Assembly: GCA_036273455.1 (NCBI GenBank)
Contig: DASUHP010000033.1
Span: 13,967-77,966 of the forward strand
Length of the DNA: 64,000 nucleotides
Source of the DNA: Micropepsaceae bacterium
GTDB lineage: Bacteria; Pseudomonadota; Alphaproteobacteria; Micropepsales; Micropepsaceae
Direction: 5' to 3'
The translations under genes were made by a program, and so were the position numbers. Within the stretch, counting starts at the first letter, position 1; every line of letters starts with the position of its first letter. The notes beneath the pieces are model-generated. The model was given only the letters and a program-made list of their open reading frames with translations, was not told the DNA's origin and did no database searches. Shown here piece after piece: positions 52,141 through 61,434 of this stretch.

Positions 52141-53589
52141 TCACCCCGTTGCGCCAGAACGCGTTTGCTGCGCAAAGGCGGGCGCTGCGTCCCTCTCCCT
52201 CAGCGGGAGAGGTGAAGGGTTAGGCGGTAGCGGAAACAGGACTGAGACTTTGAGCCCCGGATCGTTGTCGCCGAGCGAGAGCCGCGCTTCGTGGCGCTTG
52301 GCGATGGCGGCAACGAGACTTAATCCGAGACCGCTGCCCTCCGTCGTCCGGCTGGACTCCAGGCGATAGAATGGCCGCAGCACTTTTTCGCGCTCCTGCG
52401 GCGGAATGCCGGGCCCCGTATCGCAAACGGCAAGTTCGAGATTTTCGCCAAGCTGATTGGCCTTCACCGAAATCCGCGATCCCGGCGGACAATAGCGAAT
52501 GGCATTGTCGACCAGATTGGCAACCATCTGGGTCAGCAGCTCCGGATCTGCCGAGACCTGCAGGCCCTTTCCCACGTCAGACTCCAGCTTGAGGCCGCGA
52601 TCCTCCGCAGCAGGAGAAAAATCATCGACGATGCCCGCCAGCAAAACCGAAAGATCGATCACCCGCTTTCCCGAGACACGGCCGCCGGCTTCGATCTGCG
52701 CAATTCGCAACAGCGCTCCGAAGGTTTCCAGAATCGAGTCGACCTGCCGGATGGAATGGCCGAGAACCTCCTGCAATTCGGCGGCTGTATGATCGTGGCG
52801 TTTGGCATGCTCCAGCCTCTGGCGCAGCCTCGTCAGAGGCGTACGCAAGTCATGGGCAATGTCGTTTGACACCTGCCGCATACTCCGCATGAGGTCTTCG
52901 ATGCGGTCGAGCATTGCGTTCATGCCGGCGGCCAGCTCGTCGAATTCGTCCTGGGTGCCGCGAACGGGCACACGTTGCGAGAGGTCGCCAGCCATGATGG
53001 CGCGTGCCGTGCGATTGACGGTATCGACACGTTTTAGCACCGTCATTCCGACAATAGCCGTGCCTAATCCGGCGAGAATGAGCGTGATGACGATCTCTAC
53101 GGCGAATGTTCTGAGGATCAGTTCATTCATCTGCCGCAGCGTCGCCGTATCCTGGCCGACCAGCAAATAGTCGCCATTCTGCAGACGATAACCATGCGCC
53201 CGGATTTGCAGCATTTGACCGTCGATTGGGCGCTCTAGTGTGGTCGGCCCGAGGATCGCCGCCATCGCCGGAATATTGCCGGTGATTTTCTGCCCCTGAG
53301 CGTCCTGCAGCAAATAGACTCCCTTCACGTCCTTCCTCACCCGCATATGGCTGTCGATGACGGCCGGGAGTTTTGCGATTCCGTTCGAGCCTACTTCGTC
53401 CAGGATCGAGGCATATTCGACGTCGATTTCGTTGTTTTCATCGCGGGCGGCGTAATCGCGGGCAAACCAATAAGTGACCCCGAACAGGATCAGTACGGAG
53501 GCTGTCAGCATGGCAGCATAGAACACCGCCAGGCGGAAGCTCGAACTGTGAAAAAGCTTATTCTGGCGCACGAAGACAGTATCCCGCAC
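52141..53589 (-). CDS. sensor histidine kinase (2 TM, HAMP, HisKA, HATPase)
   Basis: H-box 'SNDIAHDLRTPLTRL', N-box 'LVDNAIRY' and G-box 'DTGPGIP'. The last ~30 codons run through a family A hairpin repeat. The GTG start is uncertain (53589 or 53571). Confidence 0.85.
   Translation of the reverse strand: MRDTVFVRQNKLFHSSSFRLAVFYAAMLTASVLILFGVTYWFARDYAARDENNEIDVEYASILDEVGSNGIAKLPAVIDSHMRVRKDVKGVYLLQDAQGQKITGNIPAMAAILGPTTLERPIDGQMLQIRAHGYRLQNGDYLLVGQDTATLRQMNELILRTFAVEIVITLILAGLGTAIVGMTVLKRVDTVNRTARAIMAGDLSQRVPVRGTQDEFDELAAGMNAMLDRIEDLMRSMRQVSNDIAHDLRTPLTRLRQRLEHAKRHDHTAAELQEVLGHSIRQVDSILETFGALLRIAQIEAGGRVSGKRVIDLSVLLAGIVDDFSPAAEDRGLKLESDVGKGLQVSADPELLTQMVANLVDNAIRYCPPGSRISVKANQLGENLELAVCDTGPGIPPQEREKVLRPFYRLESSRTTEGSGLGLSLVAAIAKRHEARLSLGDNDPGLKVSVLFPLPPNPSPLPLRERDAAPAFAQQTRSGATG
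52192..52212. repeat. hairpin repeat, family A, inside the 3' end of the kinase ORF
   Basis: CCTCTCCC-TCAGC-GGGAGAGG. Confidence 0.55.
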
Positions 53590-54235
53590 CGCGAACCGTG
53601 TGGATCAGCTCGGGGGTAAAGCCCTTGTCGATTTTCGTCCGCAGCCGGCTCAAATGGGATTCGACCACATTGGTTTTGGGATCGAAATGGTAATTCCAGA
53701 CATTGTCGAGCAGCATGGTCCGGGTGACGACCTGCCCGGCATGGCGCATCAGATATTCCAGCAGCCGGTACTCGCGCGGCTGGAGCTGAATCTCCTGGCC
53801 GGCACGCTTGACGACATGCTTGACCACGTCGAGCTCCAGGTCGGCCACCTTGAACTGAGTGTCGACTGTGGTTCCGCGCGGCCGCCGCGATAGAGCCCTC
53901 ACGCGCGCCACCAGTTCCGAGAAGGCGAAGGGCTTCACAAGATAATCGTCGCCGCCGGCGTTCAACCCGGTCACCCGGTCATCGATTCCCGACATGGTCG
54001 TGAGAAACAGGATAGGCGTCTCGATTCTCGCGGCCCTGAGTGTCTTGACCAGCGTCAGTCCGTCGAGTTCGGGCAGCATCCGGTCGATGATGAGAAGATC
54101 GAAATTTTCGGTCATGGCGAGGAAGAGGCCATCACGCCCGGCGCGCGACCAGCTCACCGCATGGCCTTCTTCTTCGAGGCCGCCGGTCAGGTAGCCGGCA
54201 GTCTCGCTATCGTCTTCGACGACCAGGATTCTCAT
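53558..54235 (-). CDS. OmpR/PhoB-family response regulator
   Basis: 'MRILVVEDD', 'LLIIDRMLPELDG' and the winged helix 'ELIHTVRGAGYCL'. ATG 54235 preferred over GTG 54244. Confidence 0.9.
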   Translation of the reverse strand: MRILVVEDDSETAGYLTGGLEEEGHAVSWSRAGRDGLFLAMTENFDLLIIDRMLPELDGLTLVKTLRAARIETPILFLTTMSGIDDRVTGLNAGGDDYLVKPFAFSELVARVRALSRRPRGTTVDTQFKVADLELDVVKHVVKRAGQEIQLQPREYRLLEYLMRHAGQVVTRTMLLDNVWNYHFDPKTNVVESHLSRLRTKIDKGFTPELIHTVRGAGYCLRAPE

Positions 54236-54363
54236 CGCCGCCACCCTCCACGGACACGGGTATTATGTGCGATTCTGCCGGATTTCGGCAACTTTTGCGA
54301 CAGTCCTGACACAAAGGTTACGAATTTCAAACGAATTGGCCAAAGTGCCATAACCTCTTTTTA

Positions 54364-54405
54364 ATCAGATTGCGCCCGCGGAACTTCTTCATCAGATTGC
54401 GCCCG
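54364..54405. promoter_or_regulatory. perfect 15-bp direct repeat ATCAGATTGCGCCCG x2 (27-nt period), candidate response-regulator operator
   Basis: Copies at 54364-54378 and 54391-54405, in the divergent intergenic region 28 nt upstream of the efflux operon start. Confidence 0.4.
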
Positions 54406-54432
54406 GAAATTGTGAAGCTTCAGGATTGCCGT

Positions 54433-55827
54433 ATGGACTGGCTTGTCATCACACCGATCACAAAAAAACTTTTAGCGGTTGCCGCTGTCGCGCTGGCGCT
54501 TGCCGGCTGCGAGACCTATGCGCCGGCACCGTTACCGACCATGCCTGACCTGCTTGATCGTCTGCCGCTCCAGCAGCCTGGCCCGGTCGACATGGATCAG
54601 ATCGCCACGATCGCAGTCGTCAACAATCCGGATCTGAGATCGGCGCGCTTCAAGAATGGAGTGGCCGATGCCCAGGCATTCGAAGCCGGCATTTTGCCTA
54701 ACCCGGCGCTCGCCGCGGACCTGATAATTCCCACAAACCAGCAACCAGGCGCGAACGCGGACTGCCAACCGGCTTGTGCACTGCCCGGCAACGGTTGGAG
54801 TCTGGGCCTGACTTACGACATCCAGACCTTCATCACACAGGGGGCGAAGATCGCCTCGGCCGACGCCGCCCGCGATCAGGCCAAACTGAACGTTCTGTGG
54901 CAGGAATGGCAGACCGTGCAGCAGGCCCGGACGCTTTACGTGACGGGCGTGAATGCCCAGGAAAAGCGGGTTCTCTACCAGACAGCAGAAGATCGCTATG
55001 TGGTGCAGTCGCAGCGTTCGCAGCGGGCGTTGCAGGCCGGAGATATAACCTTTGACGCGGCCGGAACCGACCTTGCGGCATTGCTCGATGCACGTAGCCA
55101 GCTTCGCACCGAGGAGCGCGCCGCGTCGCAAAACATCTTCAACATCAGGGCTTTGATTGGTGTTACTCAAAACGTGGATGTTACTTTGAAGCCCCTTGGA
55201 GTCCCGGATATACCGGACCGGGCTGCCGTGGAGGCGGCACTTGCAAAAGTCGCGCAGGTTCGTCCGGATTTGCGTGCGCTGCAGACCGGGTATCAGAGCC
55301 AGGAGGAGAGCTTGCGGGAGGCCGTGCTGGCGCAGTTTCCCAGCATCCAGATTGGGTTGACGAGAGCGTCTGACACGCCGGGCGACCGCTCGGATATTGG
55401 CAAGACCGTGCACACCATCGGCATCGGCGCCAATCTCAACCTTCCGCTGTTCGATCGCAATCAGGGTAATATTGCCATCCAGCGGGCGACCCGGACGCAG
55501 CTTCTGGCCGAGTATCAGGCGCGGCTCGACCAAACCAGCAGCGATACCTGGCGCATCTGGAATGAAATGCAGGAGCTGAATACCGCCTACAATGAAGTCG
55601 AGATGAGCATTCCGCAGCTTCAGTCCAATGCCGATGCCGCGGAGCGCGCCTATATGAATGGCGATCTTGCTGCGTTGACCGCAGTCGCGTTGCAAAGCGC
55701 ATTGCTCACGCGCGAAGCCGAGGCCGCCGATTTGAAACAGTCGCTGTGGAGCGACTCCATTGCCCTGGCCAGCGTGTTGGGCACGCAGGTCGAACCCGTA
55801 GTCGAAATGAAGGAACCAATGCCATGA
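54433..55827 (+). CDS. efflux outer-membrane factor lipoprotein (NodT/TolC family)
   Basis: I used the internal ATG of ORF 54370..55827. Lipobox 'LALAGC'. Two repeated alpha-helical/beta halves. Confidence 0.85.
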   Translation: MDWLVITPITKKLLAVAAVALALAGCETYAPAPLPTMPDLLDRLPLQQPGPVDMDQIATIAVVNNPDLRSARFKNGVADAQAFEAGILPNPALAADLIIPTNQQPGANADCQPACALPGNGWSLGLTYDIQTFITQGAKIASADAARDQAKLNVLWQEWQTVQQARTLYVTGVNAQEKRVLYQTAEDRYVVQSQRSQRALQAGDITFDAAGTDLAALLDARSQLRTEERAASQNIFNIRALIGVTQNVDVTLKPLGVPDIPDRAAVEAALAKVAQVRPDLRALQTGYQSQEESLREAVLAQFPSIQIGLTRASDTPGDRSDIGKTVHTIGIGANLNLPLFDRNQGNIAIQRATRTQLLAEYQARLDQTSSDTWRIWNEMQELNTAYNEVEMSIPQLQSNADAAERAYMNGDLAALTAVALQSALLTREAEAADLKQSLWSDSIALASVLGTQVEPVVEMKEPMP

Positions 55828-56927
55828 AGCACCCGCTTCTCAGATGGACCACCTGGGCCAGCCTGCTTGCAACGGTGATCATCCTCGGCGGCATCGGCTA
55901 TTACGCCGGCCTGTTCGGCGGCGCGGACAAAGCTGATGCTGCTGCCGGTGGCGAGGCGGAAATCAAGGGCACCGCGACAGTCACGACCACGGATGCAGCG
56001 CAGGGTTCGCTTTCACCAACTACGACCGCCTATGGCCAGGTTACTTCCTCGCCGCAGAACTCATTTGTCATTCAGATTCCGCGTGACGGCGTCTTTATGA
56101 AAGTGAATGTCCGCGAAGGCGATCTGGTCCGTAAAGGCCAGCCGATCGTCACGGTGGCGACGGCCGCCGCCAATACGACCGCTTATGCACAGGCGAAATC
56201 GGCGGTGGATTTTGCGACGGGCGACTTTCAGCGGGTGCAGCGGATGTTCAACGAGAAGGTCGCGACCAACGACCAGTTGGCGACCGCGCGCAAGGCGCTG
56301 GATGACGCAAAACTCCAGCTCGACGCCCAGGCCAAGATCGGCGCCGGCGAAGGCGAGCAGACGATCAGTGCGCCGTTTGATGGCGTGATCACCGGGCTGA
56401 TGGCAGTACCGGGCGACAAGGTGCAGGCGAACAACACGATTGCAACGCTGGTGAGCCGCACCGATCTGACTGTTCAACTCAATCTCGAGCCCGACGACGC
56501 GGCAAAGCTCAAACCCGGTGCGAAGGTGATGCTGGCCAACACATTTGGCGGCGATCAGATCGAGGGTAAACTCCGGTCGATCGGCGCCAGCGTCGATCCC
56601 ATGACCCATCTGGTCAAAGCACTTTGCGACGTTTCGGCACGTGATGCGTCGCGTTTCGAATTGGGCGCCACTGTGATTGCCAAAATCGACCTTCCGCCGA
56701 AACAGGGCATTCTGGTGCCCCGTTCGGCCCTGCTCGAAGACTCCAGCGGGCCGTATATCTTCACGATCGACGAGGGCACCGCCCATAAGCAGAATGTGAA
56801 AGTCCTCGTCGAAACCGATGACAAGGCTCTGGTCGACGGCGTCGATCCTGCGCTCGGCACCAAAGTCGTGGTCGACAACAATACTGAACTGGATGACGAC
56901 ACGCCGGTCCAGGAGGCCAAGTCATGA
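55824..56927 (+). CDS. efflux RND periplasmic adaptor (MFP/HlyD family)
   Basis: N-terminal TM, lipoyl-like 'GDLVRKGQPIVTV', a coiled-coil region and a beta-barrel. ATGA overlap with the upstream stop. Confidence 0.85.
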   Translation: MKHPLLRWTTWASLLATVIILGGIGYYAGLFGGADKADAAAGGEAEIKGTATVTTTDAAQGSLSPTTTAYGQVTSSPQNSFVIQIPRDGVFMKVNVREGDLVRKGQPIVTVATAAANTTAYAQAKSAVDFATGDFQRVQRMFNEKVATNDQLATARKALDDAKLQLDAQAKIGAGEGEQTISAPFDGVITGLMAVPGDKVQANNTIATLVSRTDLTVQLNLEPDDAAKLKPGAKVMLANTFGGDQIEGKLRSIGASVDPMTHLVKALCDVSARDASRFELGATVIAKIDLPPKQGILVPRSALLEDSSGPYIFTIDEGTAHKQNVKVLVETDDKALVDGVDPALGTKVVVDNNTELDDDTPVQEAKS

Positions 56928-59900
56928 ATCTCGCCCTTTGGGCTTCGCACCACCGCCGCTCGCTGATCTTCGCGCTGCTGGTGGCGGCACTGGCCGGTGC
57001 GGTCAGTGCTCTTGGCCTGCCGGTTGCGCTGTTTCCCCAGGTCAGCTTCCCACGCATCGCCATCACTGTTGACGCCGGCGATCAGCCGGCCAACCAGATG
57101 ATCACGCTGGTGACTCGCCCGGTCGAACAGGCGGTGAAAAGCGTGCCCGGTCTGCTCGAAGTGCGCTCAACGACCAGCCGCGGCACATCGGAGATGGCGC
57201 TGAACTTCGACTGGGGCACCGACATGTCCTCAGCGACGCTGCGGGTCCAGGCAGAGATCAGCCGGCTTTTGCCGTCGCTCCCGCAAGGGACAACATTCGA
57301 CATCCGGCAGATGAACACCAACGTCTTCCCGGTGGCTGCCTATAGCCTGACTTCGAACAAGCTACCCCTGTTGAAGATTCGCGAGATTGCCGAAACCGAG
57401 CTTGTGCCGCTGTTATCGTCGATCAAGGGCGTGCAGCGGGTTGAAGTGCTGGGCTCTGCGCCGCGCGAAGTTCGCGTCGATGTCGATCCGGTCAAGCTCT
57501 CCAGCCTTGGCCTCGCGATGGATGATGTGGTCAAAGCGCTGCAGGGCGCCAATGTCCTTCAGGCCGTCGGCCTGGTTCAGGACCGGCACAAGCTGCTGTT
57601 GACGCTTGCCGATAATCAGCTCAAGACCGCTGCAGACGTTCGCAACATCGTTCTGCGCACCCAGGCGCCCGCCGGCCCCAATGGCGCAGCACCGGGACCT
57701 GGCGGCACGATTCCGTTGTCCAGCATTGCCCGGATCTACGAGACTGAGGCCCCGAGTTATGGCATCGTCACGGCAGAACCGTGGGATGCCAACAGCAACG
57801 CCGCGCACAAACCGGCGGTGGGCAAGCCGGCCATCATCTTGCAGGTCAAGCAGCAACAGGACGGCAATACCGTCCAGATCGTCAATCAGATCAAATCGAC
57901 GCTCGCCACCTACGCGCCCAAGCTGCCGAAGGATCTCCATATCAGCAACTGGTACGACCAGAGCGAACTCATTATCGGTTCGGCGAACAGCGTGTTCGAA
58001 GCGGTTCTGATCGGCGTCGTGCTTGCCGGATTTGTGCTGCTCGCCTTTCTGCGTGACGTGAAAATTACCGTCATTACGCTGATTGTCGTTCCCGCCGTCC
58101 TGGCCTCGACCGTGCTGCTCCTCGCAGTGCTCGGGATGAGCTTCAACATCATGACGCTGGGCGGCATGGCGGCAGCCATCGGTCTGATCATCGACGACGC
58201 CATTGTCATGATCGAACAGATCGAACGGCGGCTGCACAGCTCAGGCGAAAAGGCGCGTGAGGAAATTCGCGCCGCGACGTGGGAATTCCTCAAGCCGCTT
58301 GCCGGGTCATCGGCCGCCACCACGATCATTTTCATTCCGCTCGCGTTCCTGAGCGGCGTGACCGGCGCGTTCTTCAAGTCGCTTGCCCTGACGCTGGCGT
58401 CGTCGCTGGTGGTGTCGTTCCTCGCGGCGTTCTTCGCGATCCCGCTGCTGGCCGATTACTTCCTCACGGCGAAAGAGCATAAAGACCGTTCGGGGCCGAT
58501 TTTCCGCCGGGTTCTGTGGGGCTATCGGAGCATCTTCCAGGGCATGCTGCGCAGTCCGGCGCTCCTGTTGCCGGTGCTCGTGGGATTCCTTGCCGTCGGA
58601 TATCTTGCGTTTACCCATGTCGGCTCCGGGTTCATGCCGGTGATGGACGAAGGCGGATTCGTCTTCGACTACATCGCTCCAGCGGGAAACTCGCTGCAGG
58701 ACACCGACAAGATGCTGCGCCAGGTCGAATTGATCCTCAGCCAGACGCCGGAAGTGCAGAGCTATTCCCGGCGCACCGGTTTGCAGCTTGGCGGCGGCCT
58801 GACAGAGCCGAACACCGGTGACATCTTCATCCGGCTGAAACCGCAGCCGCGCCGGCCGATCGAAGAGGTTATGAACGACGTCCGCACCAGGGCGCAAATG
58901 GCCGTTCCGGGACTCGACATCGAAACGGCCCAATTGATGGAAGACCTGATCGGCGATCTCACCGCGGTGCCGCAACCGATCGAGGTCCAGATCTTTGGTG
59001 ATGATCCGAACGTTCTGTTGCAGGTTGCACCGAAGGTGGCCAACGCAATCCAGGCTGTTCCCGGCGTCACTGAAATCGAAAATGGCGTCGTCATCGCCGG
59101 CGATGCATTCGACATTCATGTCGATGCGGTCAGGGCCGGTGCCGAAGGCCTGACACCGGATGCAGTCACCAGTCAGGTCAACACCTATCTGACAGGTACG
59201 GTCGCCACGCAGTTGCGCGAGGTCGATCGCAGCATCGACGTGCGCGTGACCATTCCGGAAAACCTGCGTCACACTCCGGCCGATATCCGGGCCCTCCGGA
59301 TCGAGGCGCCGGATGGCCATTATGTGCCGCTCAGCCGGGTTGCCGACGTCACGCTGCTGACCGGGCTGCCGGAAATCACGCGTGACAATCTGAAGCCGAT
59401 GGTGGCGGTCACCGCGCGCATCGTCGGACGCGATCTCGGCACCACGGCGGCCGACGTGAAGGCTCTGCTCGACAAATCGGACCTGTTCCCGGCCGGCACC
59501 TATTACCAGCTGGGAGGACTTTATGCGCAGCAGCAGATTGCGTTCCGGGGTCTGATGATCGTGCTGGGCGCAGCCGTCGCCCTCGTCTTCTTCCTGCTGC
59601 TCTATCTGTATGAGAGCGTCAAAACGGCGATTGTCATCATCGCGATGCCTTTATCCGCGATGGGGGCGGTGTTCATCGGATTGTGGGCCACCGGCATCGA
59701 GCTGAATATTTCAGCGATGATGGGCATGACCATGATCGTGGGCATCGTGACGGAAATCGCGGTGTTCTACTTCTCGGAATATGAGCTCCTGACCCAGGAG
59801 GGCATGTCCCATGACCGGGCGGTTTTGGAAGCCGGCGTTAACCGGTTCCGGCCGATCGCCATGACCACCATCGCAGCCATTCTGGCGCTGATGCCGCTGG

Positions 59901-60091
59901 CCATCGGTCTCGGTCAGGGGTCGGCCATGCAGCAACCGCTGGCGATTGCGATCATTTCCGGACTGATCGTACAAATGCCGCTCGTGTTGCTGGTGATGCC
60001 GCTGGCATTCTGGTTGTGGACGCGCAAAGCGTCCACCCACAGTGCCGCCGAAGTACCGGCGTTTGGGGCCGCGAAACTTCCGGCGGAGTAA
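56924..60091 (+). CDS. RND efflux permease (AcrB/CzcA superfamily)
   Basis: 1055 aa with 12 TM segments and two large loops. TM4 reads 'AAAIGLIIDDAIVMIEQIE' (Asp-Asp pair as in AcrB-type pumps). ATGA overlap with the adaptor gene. Confidence 0.9.
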   Translation: MNLALWASHHRRSLIFALLVAALAGAVSALGLPVALFPQVSFPRIAITVDAGDQPANQMITLVTRPVEQAVKSVPGLLEVRSTTSRGTSEMALNFDWGTDMSSATLRVQAEISRLLPSLPQGTTFDIRQMNTNVFPVAAYSLTSNKLPLLKIREIAETELVPLLSSIKGVQRVEVLGSAPREVRVDVDPVKLSSLGLAMDDVVKALQGANVLQAVGLVQDRHKLLLTLADNQLKTAADVRNIVLRTQAPAGPNGAAPGPGGTIPLSSIARIYETEAPSYGIVTAEPWDANSNAAHKPAVGKPAIILQVKQQQDGNTVQIVNQIKSTLATYAPKLPKDLHISNWYDQSELIIGSANSVFEAVLIGVVLAGFVLLAFLRDVKITVITLIVVPAVLASTVLLLAVLGMSFNIMTLGGMAAAIGLIIDDAIVMIEQIERRLHSSGEKAREEIRAATWEFLKPLAGSSAATTIIFIPLAFLSGVTGAFFKSLALTLASSLVVSFLAAFFAIPLLADYFLTAKEHKDRSGPIFRRVLWGYRSIFQGMLRSPALLLPVLVGFLAVGYLAFTHVGSGFMPVMDEGGFVFDYIAPAGNSLQDTDKMLRQVELILSQTPEVQSYSRRTGLQLGGGLTEPNTGDIFIRLKPQPRRPIEEVMNDVRTRAQMAVPGLDIETAQLMEDLIGDLTAVPQPIEVQIFGDDPNVLLQVAPKVANAIQAVPGVTEIENGVVIAGDAFDIHVDAVRAGAEGLTPDAVTSQVNTYLTGTVATQLREVDRSIDVRVTIPENLRHTPADIRALRIEAPDGHYVPLSRVADVTLLTGLPEITRDNLKPMVAVTARIVGRDLGTTAADVKALLDKSDLFPAGTYYQLGGLYAQQQIAFRGLMIVLGAAVALVFFLLLYLYESVKTAIVIIAMPLSAMGAVFIGLWATGIELNISAMMGMTMIVGIVTEIAVFYFSEYELLTQEGMSHDRAVLEAGVNRFRPIAMTTIAAILALMPLAIGLGQGSAMQQPLAIAIISGLIVQMPLVLLVMPLAFWLWTRKASTHSAAEVPAFGAAKLPAE

Positions 60092-60212
60092 CATCCGAAT
60101 CCGCCACACCGTTAGGCATGGTCTGCGCCACGGTTTGGTTGTAAGAAAAAGCGAAGGTCCGGCTATAATCCGGCCCGGAATGCTTGTCTTTGGATTCTAA
60201 GGGAGGTTACCC

Positions 60213-61211
60213 ATGAAAGCGATTTCGATCGCTACTCTGATGTTGTCGGTGGGAGTGGCCGCAGCCGCTTACGCTGCCGCCCCGCAATACAAGATTGTGG
60301 ACCGGATCAAGGTCCAGAATGGCGGGTTCGACTACGCCACGTTCGATCCTGCGACCGGTCAGGTGTTGATGGCGCGGCCGAATTTCACCACCACGATCGA
60401 CACCAAGACCGGGAAAGTCGGAGAGATCAAAGCCGCGGCGCGCGGCCACATAGCATTGCCCATTCCCGGGACGGCGCTATTGGTCGTCACGCAGCGCGCC
60501 GGAAACATTCTCATCGTCGACGGCAAGGCGGACAAAGTTGAAGCCACGCTGAAGGGCGGCAAGAATCCCGATGGCGCGGCTTACGATCCGGCGACCAAGC
60601 TGGTTTTCGCGATGAATCACGACAGCGGCGATTCGACGGTTGTCGACCCGGCTACGAAAAAGGTGGTCGGAACGATCCCCATCGGTGGCGACCTGGAATT
60701 TCCGGTTGCGGATGGCAAGGGCAAGGTCTTCGTCAATATCGAAGACAAGAATCAGATCGCCGTCATCGACACGAAGGCAAAGAAGGTCCTCACCCGCTAC
60801 ACGCTGAAGGATTGCGACGGACCGACCGGGCAGGCTTATGACGCCGCAGACAATTATCTGATCTCGTCCTGCGACGGCACGGCGAAAATACTTAAGGCCG
60901 ACACCGGCGCTGAAGTTGCGTCGCTGAAGATCGCCAACCAGCCGGACGCGGTGATTTTCGATGCCCAGAGAAAACTGGCATTAATTCCGTGCCGCACGCC
61001 GGGCGTCCTTGAAGTGATTTCACTTGCCAACCCGGCGAAGCCGGAAGTGGTCCAGCATCTGCAAACGCAACTTGGCACCCGGACGGGTACGATCGATCCT
61101 TCGACCGGCAAGATTTACATGATGGCGGCGAAGTTCGGTGCGCCAGCTACTGCCGGCGGCCGGCCACAGGCGCTGGATTCCTCATTCGACGTTCTGGTCG
61201 TCGCACCCTGA
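60213..61211 (+). CDS. secreted YncE-like / YVTN-type beta-propeller repeat protein
   Basis: Signal peptide 'AAAAYAAA', 'NGGFDYATFDP', 'GKNPDGAAYDP' and repeated 'VIDTKAKKV'-type blades. Paralogue of 9987..11042. Confidence 0.7.
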   Translation: MKAISIATLMLSVGVAAAAYAAAPQYKIVDRIKVQNGGFDYATFDPATGQVLMARPNFTTTIDTKTGKVGEIKAAARGHIALPIPGTALLVVTQRAGNILIVDGKADKVEATLKGGKNPDGAAYDPATKLVFAMNHDSGDSTVVDPATKKVVGTIPIGGDLEFPVADGKGKVFVNIEDKNQIAVIDTKAKKVLTRYTLKDCDGPTGQAYDAADNYLISSCDGTAKILKADTGAEVASLKIANQPDAVIFDAQRKLALIPCRTPGVLEVISLANPAKPEVVQHLQTQLGTRTGTIDPSTGKIYMMAAKFGAPATAGGRPQALDSSFDVLVVAP

Positions 61212-61251
61212 TCTTTATTGCGCATTGCGGCGGCGGGACAATCGTCGCATG

Positions 61252-61290
61252 CAGGGCGGTTTTGCGATGGCAAAGCCGCCCTGTTTTTTT
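61252..61290 (+). terminator. rho-independent terminator
   Basis: CAGGGCGG-T-TTTGC-GATG-GCAAA-G-CCGCCCTG followed by TTTTTTT. Confidence 0.7.
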
Positions 61291-61434
61291 GGGCATGGCC
61301 GGCGGCACCCGTCCAATTCGGAATCCCGCGACAGCGGCAAATTGCCGGTTTAATGTTGTGGCGGGTTTCGAAATCCGCTGCATCCTCCTAAACTGCCACG
61401 CGAATTTCCAGACCGCGAGATTGGGAGGAATGTG

